A stretch of 64,000 bases of DNA from assembly GCA_033581555.1 (NCBI GenBank), contig JAVQSZ010000005.1, positions 41,199 to 105,198 of the forward strand, given 5' to 3'. Position 1 is the stretch's first letter. The number at the start of each line of letters is the position of its first letter. The notes beneath the pieces are model-generated. The model saw nothing but the letters and a program-made list of their open reading frames with translations. It was not told the origin of the DNA and made no database searches. Source of the DNA: Nitrososphaerota archaeon (GTDB lineage: Archaea; Thermoproteota; Nitrososphaeria_A; Caldarchaeales; Calditenuaceae). Positions 1-9,140 of the stretch are shown here, piece after piece. The position numbers were made by a program, and so were the translations under genes.

Positions 1-46
1 CTGAGTCCGGGCCTCGACACCCCCTTTTTTCACCGATAATAGCAAG

Positions 47-814
47 ATGGGCGGAATTAGGCGTGGGATGGCCTCGAGGAGGAACTTCCTCAGGAGCGGT
101 GCCTTCGTCTCGATCGCCCTCAGCCTCGGGGCGGTGGGACTTACCATCCTCGCACCACTAATAGGAGGGAACGGCACGCGCGACGGCGGGAGGACCGTCT
201 TGAAGGCGATCAGGCTCCCCAGGCCCCGGACCGACGGCCCCCTCTCCGTGGAGCAGGCGATCCTCCGGAGGAGGTCAAGGAGGGAGTACACCGGGGAGCC
301 CCTGACGGTCGAGGAGGTGGCGCAGCTCCTCTGGGCGGCGCAGGGCATCACGGCTCCTCACCTCTGGACCGGCCTCAGGTCGGCCCCCTCCGCCGGAGGC
401 CTCTACCCGTTGGAGACCTACGTCGTCGTCAAGGAGGGCGGGGTGATCGGGCTGGAGGCGGGTGTCTACCGCTACGACCCGCACGGGCACGAGCTAGAGA
501 TGGTTGCCGCGGGCGACCACAGCGGGCAGCTGATGGCCGCGTGCGTGGACCAGGAGTGGGTCGGGTCCGCGGCGGTGAACGTCGTCTTCACGGCGGTCGT
601 CGAGAGGACCAGGGCCCGTTATGGCGACAGGGCCCTCCAGTACGTCTTCCAGGAGTCCGGACACGCGGCGCAGAACGTCTACCTCCAGGCCGAGTCCCTC
701 GGTCTCGGGTGCGTGGTGGTGGGAGCGTTCTACGAGGACGAGGTCCGGGCGATACTCAGGGCCCCGAGGCGCGAGCTCCCGGTCTACGTGATCCCCGTTG
801 GGAGGCCCGCGTGA
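47..814 (+). CDS. SagB-type dehydrogenase / nitroreductase-family protein
   Basis: 255 aa ORF; motifs LWAAQGIT, GGLYPLETYVVV, QNVYLQAESLGLGCVVVGAF typical of nitroreductase/SagB-ThcOx fold. Confidence 0.55.
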   Translation: MGGIRRGMASRRNFLRSGAFVSIALSLGAVGLTILAPLIGGNGTRDGGRTVLKAIRLPRPRTDGPLSVEQAILRRRSRREYTGEPLTVEEVAQLLWAAQGITAPHLWTGLRSAPSAGGLYPLETYVVVKEGGVIGLEAGVYRYDPHGHELEMVAAGDHSGQLMAACVDQEWVGSAAVNVVFTAVVERTRARYGDRALQYVFQESGHAAQNVYLQAESLGLGCVVVGAFYEDEVRAILRAPRRELPVYVIPVGRPA

Positions 815-1373
815 GCGGCTCGCGGCCCAGAGGGCCGCTCTCGCGGTGCTCCTCGGGCCCGTGGTCTTCCTCCTCGCGCTCGGTTTCGAACCCCTCACAG
901 AGGAGCCCGTTCCGTCGCTGAGCCATAGGGACCTGAAGGGAGACGGCTGGTTGGGGTACAGGCTCGGTTACGCGGGGACCGCGATGCTGCTCCTCGCGCA
1001 GGCCTACCTCTTCAGGCCTGGGATGCTGGCGAGGAGGGAGTGGCTCGACGTCCACTGCTACCTCACCACCGCCGGCGGCCTCCTCGTGCTGGTCCACTCG
1101 GGCTTCCCGTTCTCGTTCGAGTACTGGAACCCCTTTGAGCGGGTCTATCCGCGCCTCGGGCTCTACGGACTGGTCGGGCTGCAGGGGCTCGCAGCCTGGC
1201 TGGTCGTCGCGCTGGTCGCCAGCGGCCTCTTCGGGAGGTACGCCCGCGCCTCGTCCCCGGCGGCCTTCAGGCTCTGGCGCGCACTCCACTCCGCGCTCTC
1301 GGGGGCGCTCTACGTCTCCGGGACCGTGCACCTAGTCATCGCGGTCCTCCTCAGACACGTGTCGGCCGCGTGA
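798..1373 (+). CDS. hypothetical polytopic membrane protein
   Basis: 191 aa ORF with 4-5 hydrophobic helices; overlaps upstream gene by 17 nt (operon-like); no recognisable family. Confidence 0.4.
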   Translation: MGGPRERLAAQRAALAVLLGPVVFLLALGFEPLTEEPVPSLSHRDLKGDGWLGYRLGYAGTAMLLLAQAYLFRPGMLARREWLDVHCYLTTAGGLLVLVHSGFPFSFEYWNPFERVYPRLGLYGLVGLQGLAAWLVVALVASGLFGRYARASSPAAFRLWRALHSALSGALYVSGTVHLVIAVLLRHVSAA

Positions 1374-1510
1374 CTCCTGACTCGACCCAAGTCGCTTCAC
1401 GGTAGGTCGAGGCCACGGTCGGTCCACTGAGCCGATCCCGAGTTTCGGCAAAACTGCGACCATTGACGGATGATGCGGGTCGGGCCTCTGCGGGGCGTCC
1501 CTCCACCAGG

Positions 1511-3003
<1,493 letters not shown>

Positions 3004-3164
3004 CCGCCTGGTGGCAGGGGAACGCCTCTCCGCAACCCGACCCGCATTAGACCCGAAGCGTGACCTCGGGTCCTCATCCTGTAGCCAGGACCGGATACCG
3101 CCCCATCACCGCCGGCGCCTCTCGCCTCCCTCTGGGGCGGCGCCGCCTTGAGTCCTGGCTCCAA

Positions 3165-3215
3165 CTCTATTCATACAAATGGTCGCCAAATAAATCTTAC
3201 GCGACCATCGACTAG
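3165..3215 (-). promoter_or_regulatory. AT-rich putative rRNA promoter (TATA-like TTTATTTG on minus strand) upstream of 16S
   Basis: Only AT-rich patch (caaatggtcgccaaataaatcttacg) in the 5' flank of the minus-strand 16S; archaeal TATA-like element on minus strand. Confidence 0.3.
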
Positions 3216-3289
3216 CACCGAGCCCTGACCGATACCGTGGATCGACTCGCCATCGTGTCAGCCTCAAGTGGAGGGTCGAGCGCGGTCCC

Positions 3290-3997
3290 ATGGGCTTGAG
3301 CGCGGCCGACGGCCTCGGGTTCAGGACCGGCCTCGAGCCGCTGGACTCCGCGACCGGAGGGCTGCCCCGTGGCAAGCTCCTCGTGATATCCGGAGAGGAG
3401 AAGTCGGGCAGGACGAGCCTCCTCCTCCAGCTCTGCGCGATCGCGGCCTCGGAGGGACGGAGGTGCCTACTGATCGACCCGGCATCGAAGCTGCACGCCT
3501 CTAGACTGAAGTCGGTCTGCGAGGCGCGACGGGCCGACCTCTCCGTGATCTGGATATCCTCGCCGCAGACGCTCAGGGAGCAGACGAGGTACATCCTCAA
3601 GGCCGCAGAGCTCCTGGACGAGGGCGGCGTGCTGGCCGTCGACAACTTGACCTACCTGTACCGCGTCGAGCTTACCGGAGACCTCGCCTCGGACAGGCCG
3701 AAGTTCATGGAGCTGGCGTTCGAGTTAGCGGCCTTGAAGCATGCCGCGCTCAGGTGGGAGTCCCTCTCGGCGGTCGTCTTCGACGTCCACGACGTCCCAT
3801 CGGCAGGTCCCTTCGCGACCAGGCCCGTATCGGAGAACCTGCTGAGGCACTTCGCGGACCTGAGGGTCCACCTGACCAACGTCTCGGGGGAGCTGAAGTC
3901 GCTGACGTACGAGCTCGGCGAGCTCTCGGGTAAGCTGACCGTGAGGACCACGTCCTCCGGGATCGAGCCGGTCCCTCAACCGCCCGCCGTCTTCTGA
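3290..3997 (+). CDS. RecA-superfamily ATPase (RadA paralog / KaiC-RadB-like) with non-canonical Walker A
   Basis: 235 aa; P-loop-like SGEEKSGRTSL (GKT changed to GRT), followed by hhhhD Walker-B-like LLIDPA; size and layout like crenarchaeal RadA paralogs (aRadC). Confidence 0.5.
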   Translation: MGLSAADGLGFRTGLEPLDSATGGLPRGKLLVISGEEKSGRTSLLLQLCAIAASEGRRCLLIDPASKLHASRLKSVCEARRADLSVIWISSPQTLREQTRYILKAAELLDEGGVLAVDNLTYLYRVELTGDLASDRPKFMELAFELAALKHAALRWESLSAVVFDVHDVPSAGPFATRPVSENLLRHFADLRVHLTNVSGELKSLTYELGELSGKLTVRTTSSGIEPVPQPPAVF

Positions 3998-4365
3998 AGG
4001 AAGGCCAGCAGGACCGTAAGGAGCCCGAGGATGATCAGGCCGGCCGAGGCTGCCGCCACACCGCCGCCCCTGGTGCCGAGCCTGCCCGTAAGGCCGAGGT
4101 GGAGGACGAAGAGGCCGCCGGTCGTCAACGAGTACCCCAGCGCGACCAACACGAACTCCGAGATCGTCTGGCCCGTGAGCGACGGGAAGATCGCCTGCCT
4201 CCCGTAGAGCGGCGGTGGGGCTGAGACGAGGACGTAGACGAGCCCGCTCGCGATGAGGATCGACGCGATGACTGCCGCGACGCCCAGGAACGACTTCAGC
4301 CTCTCCGAGCCTCCCCTGTAGGTCAGGACCTGGAAGACGAACCTGGCGACCCTCCGTGCCATCAT
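3976..4365 (-). CDS. hypothetical membrane protein
   Basis: 129 aa, 3-4 hydrophobic helices, lies at 3' end of the opp operon on the minus strand. Confidence 0.35.
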   Translation of the reverse strand: MMARRVARFVFQVLTYRGGSERLKSFLGVAAVIASILIASGLVYVLVSAPPPLYGRQAIFPSLTGQTISEFVLVALGYSLTTGGLFVLHLGLTGRLGTRGGGVAAASAGLIILGLLTVLLAFLQKTAGG

Positions 4366-4387
4366 GGCTCGAATCGGACGCCCGGCT

Positions 4388-5395
4388 TTATGGATGACCC
4401 CCCGAACCCTCGGGCGATTCGTAGAGGTGGCAGGCGACGTACCTCTCCCCCCTGACCCTGACGAGGGCCGGGTCCACGACGTCGCACTTGCCCTTCATGA
4501 AGAAGGGGCACCTCGGGTGGAACCTGCAGCCCGAAGGCGGGTTCACAAGGCTCGGCGGCTGGCCCGGAGCCACCTTCCTCATCCTGAACCTGTTCGCCGG
4601 GTCTGGGTCCGGTATCGCCTCGATGAGGGCCTGCGTGTAGGGGTGAAGGGGCTCGCCGAGGACCTCCCTTGTGGGCCCGAGCTCGACGATCTTCCCGGCG
4701 TACATGATCGCGATCCTCTCGGAGAAGTACTTCGCGGTCGCCATGTCGTGGGTGATGTAGAGGAACGAGACGTTGTGCTTCTGCTGGATCTCCTTGAATA
4801 GCAGCAGTATCTCGACCCTAATCGAGGCGTCGAGCATCGAGACGGGCTCGTCCGCGACGACGAAGTCCGGGTTCGTGATGATCGCCCTCGCGATCGCGAC
4901 CCTCTGCCTCTGCCCCCCGCTGAGCATGTGCGGGTACTTGGACGCGAAGAACTCGGGAGGCGTCAGCCTGACGTCCTCGAGCGCCCTCATCACCATCTCC
5001 CTCCTCTCCTCAGGCGTCCCGATCCCGTTGACGACGAGCGGCTCCTCGATGATCCTGTATACCGTGAAGACGGGGTTCAGGCTGGCGTAGGGGTCCTGGA
5101 AGACGACGCCCATCCTCCTCCTGATGCGCTTCATGCCCTTCTCGTCGAGTCTCGTTATGTCGGTCCCGTCGAAGACTATCCTGCCACCGCTCGGCTTGAC
5201 CAGTCCCAGTAACGCTCTGCCGAGGGTCGTCTTGCCCGACCCGCTCTCGCCGACCAGCGCGATCGTCTCGCCCTTAGAGACCTCGAGGCTGACCCCGTCC
5301 ACCGCCCTAACGTACCCGGCCGTCCTCAGGAACCTCCTTATCGGGAAGTAGACCTTCAGGTCCTCGACCGAGATCAGGCGTCCGGCGTCAGCCAC
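4388..5395 (-). CDS. oligopeptide/dipeptide ABC transporter ATP-binding protein (OppF/DppF-type)
   Basis: Walker A GESGSGKTT, signature LSGGQRQR, Walker B VVADEP, C-terminal oligopeptide-transporter extension with Cys cluster CRFHPRCPFFMKGKCD. Confidence 0.85.
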   Translation of the reverse strand: MADAGRLISVEDLKVYFPIRRFLRTAGYVRAVDGVSLEVSKGETIALVGESGSGKTTLGRALLGLVKPSGGRIVFDGTDITRLDEKGMKRIRRRMGVVFQDPYASLNPVFTVYRIIEEPLVVNGIGTPEERREMVMRALEDVRLTPPEFFASKYPHMLSGGQRQRVAIARAIITNPDFVVADEPVSMLDASIRVEILLLFKEIQQKHNVSFLYITHDMATAKYFSERIAIMYAGKIVELGPTREVLGEPLHPYTQALIEAIPDPDPANRFRMRKVAPGQPPSLVNPPSGCRFHPRCPFFMKGKCDVVDPALVRVRGERYVACHLYESPEGSGGHP

Positions 5396-6386
5396 CGCCC
5401 CTCTCCTCCATCAACCAGCAGGCGACCAAGTGGTCCGAGTTGACCCTGAACTCCCTCGGGACCTCTACGTCGCACTTGCCCTTCATGAAGAACGGGCACC
5501 TCGGGTGGAACCTGCAGCCCGAAGGCGGGTTGATCAGGTCCGGAGGCGTCCCGGGTATGAAGGTCGGAGGCCTATCGGCCCTCAGCATCGGCACGCTCTC
5601 GAGGAGCAGCTTGGAGTAGGGGTGCTTCGGTTCGGTGTACACTTTGTCCGCGGGGCCGAGCTCGACGATCTTGCCCCCGTACATCACGCCTACCCTGTCG
5701 GCCAGCTCGCTGGCGAGCGCCAGGTCGTGGGTGATGAAGATGTAGGTCAGGCCCAGCTCCGCCTTCAGCCTCTTCAGCAGGTTCATGATGTTCGCCTGCG
5801 TCATCACGTCCAGCGCAGAAGTCGGCTCGTCGAGGATGATCAGCTTCGGCCTGGTGATCAGCGCCATCGCGATGAGCGCCCTCTGCTTCATGCCGCCGCT
5901 CAGCTCGTGGGGGTACCTGTTGACGACGGACCTCTCAAGCCCCACCAGCTCGAGCGCCTCCTCGGCCCTCTTGAGCGCCTCCTCCTTCGGGACGCCCATG
6001 TTGACGATCAACGACTCAGCGACCTGGAAGCCGACCCTCAAGACAGGGTTGAGCGAGTTCATGGCCCCCTGGAAGACCATCGAGATCCCTCCGACCCTGA
6101 CTCTCCTCCTGAACTCCTCGTCGTTCATCCGCATCAGCTCCATCCCGTCGAAGAGTATCGAGCCCCGGTACTCCGCAACGTTCCTCGGAAGGATCCTGAT
6201 AATAGCTAGGGCGGTTGACGACTTCCCGCTCCCGCTCTCGCCCACCAACGCCAGCGTCTCGCCCAACCCGACGGAGAAGCTCACGCCGTCGACCGCCTTG
6301 ACCTCACCGGCCCTCGTGGAGTACTTCAGCACCAGGTCGGTGACTTTGAGCAGAGGTTCGCCCGCCTCCGGACCCAAGGAACTCAC
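5388..6386 (-). CDS. oligopeptide/dipeptide ABC transporter ATP-binding protein (OppD/DppD-type)
   Basis: Walker A GESGSGKSS, LSGGMKQR, ILDEPTSALD, same C-terminal Cys cluster; overlaps OppF start by 8 nt. Confidence 0.85.
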   Translation of the reverse strand: MSSLGPEAGEPLLKVTDLVLKYSTRAGEVKAVDGVSFSVGLGETLALVGESGSGKSSTALAIIRILPRNVAEYRGSILFDGMELMRMNDEEFRRRVRVGGISMVFQGAMNSLNPVLRVGFQVAESLIVNMGVPKEEALKRAEEALELVGLERSVVNRYPHELSGGMKQRALIAMALITRPKLIILDEPTSALDVMTQANIMNLLKRLKAELGLTYIFITHDLALASELADRVGVMYGGKIVELGPADKVYTEPKHPYSKLLLESVPMLRADRPPTFIPGTPPDLINPPSGCRFHPRCPFFMKGKCDVEVPREFRVNSDHLVACWLMEERGGG

Positions 6387-6607
6387 CCTCTGCGCGCGAC
6401 GTACCCGTACGCACCGTGGAGTCCTATCGCGAGCCCCGTCAGCGAGAGCGCGTACGCAGCGAAGCTGAGGAGGAAGTCCTTCTCCAGGAACCCGACGACC
6501 ATCATGAAGGAGAGCAGGAACCCTGAGACGAGCATCAGCCCTCCTATCGCGATCTGGGCGCCCTCGGAGAGGGCAGTGGTCCTCACCTCGCCCTCGTAAC
6601 CGGCCAT
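6383..6607 (-). CDS. small 2-TM membrane protein (operon-embedded)
   Basis: 74 aa hydrophobic ORF; 4-nt overlap with oppD start, 6 nt after oppC stop; unknown function. Confidence 0.35.
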   Translation of the reverse strand: MAGYEGEVRTTALSEGAQIAIGGLMLVSGFLLSFMMVVGFLEKDFLLSFAAYALSLTGLAIGLHGAYGYVARRG

Positions 6608-6612
6608 TTAGC

Positions 6613-8022
6613 CTAGACCTCCCTCAACCTCGGGTTAAAGATCTTGTCGAGCGCGAGGCCCAACGAGACGAAGCCGATCGCGGTCAACACCACCAGGAAG
6701 GAGGGCTCGAGGATCCAGTAGTAATATCCCTTGAAGAGCGAGCCGCCGTAGAAGGCGTCCTGGATCACCTTGCCCCACGTGGGCGTCAGAGGGTCGCCGA
6801 GCCCGAGGATGGCCAGAGCCGCCTCGAGGAAGACGAAGTCCGGCACCGCCAAAACTATAGGGGGTATCGCCGTCGGGAGGACCCTCGGTATCAGGTGGAC
6901 GAAGACGATCCTCGGACTGCTGACGCCGTACGCCTTCGCTGCCTCGACATACGCCAGCTCCCTCAGCTGGAGGAACTGGGCCCTGTAGAACTTCACGCCC
7001 GCGCCCAACGATGAGAACGCAATCACCACGAGCAGGATCGACCAGATGCTCAGCTTGTAGAGCGTCTGGATCATGATCAAGACCGGGAGCAGGGGCAGGA
7101 CTATCACGATCTCGTTCACCCTCTGGACCACGTTGTCGAAGACCCTGCTGTACCACGCGCTAAGGGCCCCTATCGTTATCTGGGTGAGGGCGATCGAGAC
7201 GGCGGCCACGACCCCGAACGCCAGCGCCACCGGGGTCCCCCAGAGGAGGGCAATCCCTATGTCGCGCCTCAGGTGGTCCGTCCCGGCCCAGCCGTAGACC
7301 TTACCGTAGACTACGAGCCTCGCGTCGAAGTCTGACTGCGGGTCGAAGAACAGGCCCTCTATCATCAATCTGTACGTGCCCCTCATCACCTGGAGGGTCT
7401 CCTGACTCAGCATGGACGCGTCCTCGACGCCGAAGAGCACGATCGGCGCCGTAAGCTCATAACCTGGCCTCTGCCCGGTCTTCGCCTGTAGCCTGCTGAC
7501 CGCCTCGGCCGTTATCCTCGGATCCGTCATCAGGTAATAGCTCCCGTTGCTGGCCACCGCGAACTTCTTCAGCTCGATCTGTGTGCCGTCCGGCTTGACC
7601 CAGGACATCGTCACCTGCGGCGGCGAGACCGCGTACCTCACCCTGTAGAAGACGTTGATCTCGGAGGGGAAGTCGTCGTAGTCGAACCGGAACGAGAGCT
7701 CCGCCTTGTACACCCTGAGCTGCTCGCCCGCCGGGACGACGACCTTTATCGAGCCGGGCCCCGGTTTTGCGGTGTCGACGACGATCGTCTCAGGCAGCCG
7801 CTTCTGGACTATCCACGAGTACCAGGTCGGGTATGCGAAACGTGGCGTCTCGACCCAGTGCAGCTCCCCGGCCCTCCAGAGCCTCACCGCCTCGTCATAC
7901 GGTATCGTCACCATGGTGTAGACCGAGAGGACGACGAGTCCAGCGATTATTGCGATCCCTATGACCGCGGACTTGTAGGAGAGGACGAGCTTGAGGTTCT
8001 CGGAGATCCTTCCCGCCGCCAA
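6613..8022 (-). CDS. peptide ABC transporter permease (OppC/DppC-type, long N-terminal extracytoplasmic extension)
   Basis: 469 aa; BPD-transporter signature region EAAKAYGVSSPRIVFVHLIPRVLP; immediately downstream of OppB-type permease. Confidence 0.8.
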   Translation of the reverse strand: MAAGRISENLKLVLSYKSAVIGIAIIAGLVVLSVYTMVTIPYDEAVRLWRAGELHWVETPRFAYPTWYSWIVQKRLPETIVVDTAKPGPGSIKVVVPAGEQLRVYKAELSFRFDYDDFPSEINVFYRVRYAVSPPQVTMSWVKPDGTQIELKKFAVASNGSYYLMTDPRITAEAVSRLQAKTGQRPGYELTAPIVLFGVEDASMLSQETLQVMRGTYRLMIEGLFFDPQSDFDARLVVYGKVYGWAGTDHLRRDIGIALLWGTPVALAFGVVAAVSIALTQITIGALSAWYSRVFDNVVQRVNEIVIVLPLLPVLIMIQTLYKLSIWSILLVVIAFSSLGAGVKFYRAQFLQLRELAYVEAAKAYGVSSPRIVFVHLIPRVLPTAIPPIVLAVPDFVFLEAALAILGLGDPLTPTWGKVIQDAFYGGSLFKGYYYWILEPSFLVVLTAIGFVSLGLALDKIFNPRLREV

Positions 8023-9087
8023 CTACCTCAACCCCGCCCTGATCCTCGGGTCGACGAGCGCGTAGACCAAGTCGAGGATGAAGACGGTGATCACCACGAG
8101 GTAGGCGTAGATGACTACCAGCCCTACTAGCACGGGCGTGTCGAAGATGTGGGCCGCCTCGTAGAAGAGCCTCCCGGTCCCGGGCCAGTTGAAGACCGTC
8201 TCGGTGATGATCGCGCCGGTCCAGGAGGCGACGAGCGTCAGGGAGAAGTCCGTTATTATCGGGGGCAGCGTCGGCCTCAGCACGTATCTCCTCCTCACAA
8301 GGTGCTCGGGAATTCCCTTGGCCTTCGCGACCTCGACGAAGTCCTCACTCGAGTAGATGAGGAAGAAGGTCCTCCTGCTGTAGATGCTGAAGAACGAGAA
8401 GGCGACGAGCCACGACATTATGGGGAGGATCATGTGCTTGAGGACGCTGAGCGCGTAGAGGAACCTATCCTCGGGAGGGGGAATGTCGACCATGCCGCCG
8501 TAGGGAAGGACCCTGAGCCACGAGGCGAAGACCAGGATCAGGAAGATGCCGTAGAACCACCCAGGTATCGCGGAGAGCGTCGCTAGGTAGGAGAAGGTCC
8601 TGTCCGTCTTGGTCCCGTATCTCCTGCTGAGGTAGAGGCCCCCGACGAGCCCGATCGCGAAGATCAGCATCTGCACTGTGGTGAAGAGGAGTATCGTGCT
8701 GGGTAGCCTCTCCAGTATGATCAACCTGACGCTCCTCGAGCCGGAGTCGCTGGTCAGGAACAGGGCCCTCCCGAGGTCGAGCGTTATCGCGTCCCTGAGG
8801 TAGATGAGGCTCCTGACGAAGAAGGGCTGGTCCAGTCCGAGCTCCCTGACCCTCTGGTTGAAGACCTCCATGACCAGCTGGTTGAAGGCGGTCTCGTTGA
8901 GCCCCCTGAACGCGGGGTTCTGCCTCAAGCTGGTGGAGACCTCGAAGAGCAGCTCGCCCTTCACGATCTCGTCGACGTAGCCCCCCATGTTCGCGACCAG
9001 TATCGTGAGGTAAACGGCCACCACTACGGTGAGCATGAGAACACCAGCTCGCTTGGCCAAGTAAACGGCTGCGCCGGGAATCTTCAT
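8023..9087 (-). CDS. peptide ABC transporter permease (OppB/DppB-type)
   Basis: 354 aa, 6 TM, conserved EAAHIFDTPVLVG-like EAA loop region; abuts oppC with no gap. Confidence 0.8.
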   Translation of the reverse strand: MKIPGAAVYLAKRAGVLMLTVVVAVYLTILVANMGGYVDEIVKGELLFEVSTSLRQNPAFRGLNETAFNQLVMEVFNQRVRELGLDQPFFVRSLIYLRDAITLDLGRALFLTSDSGSRSVRLIILERLPSTILLFTTVQMLIFAIGLVGGLYLSRRYGTKTDRTFSYLATLSAIPGWFYGIFLILVFASWLRVLPYGGMVDIPPPEDRFLYALSVLKHMILPIMSWLVAFSFFSIYSRRTFFLIYSSEDFVEVAKAKGIPEHLVRRRYVLRPTLPPIITDFSLTLVASWTGAIITETVFNWPGTGRLFYEAAHIFDTPVLVGLVVIYAYLVVITVFILDLVYALVDPRIRAGLR

Positions 9088-9140
9088 TCAACCCAAAAAA
9101 TGGGTCGTTGTGTTTATATAAGTTTCTGAAAATCCGGGGC

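Noticed and set aside
5430-6468. 259- and 227-aa plus-strand ORFs
   Set aside because: Antisense to OppD ATPase.
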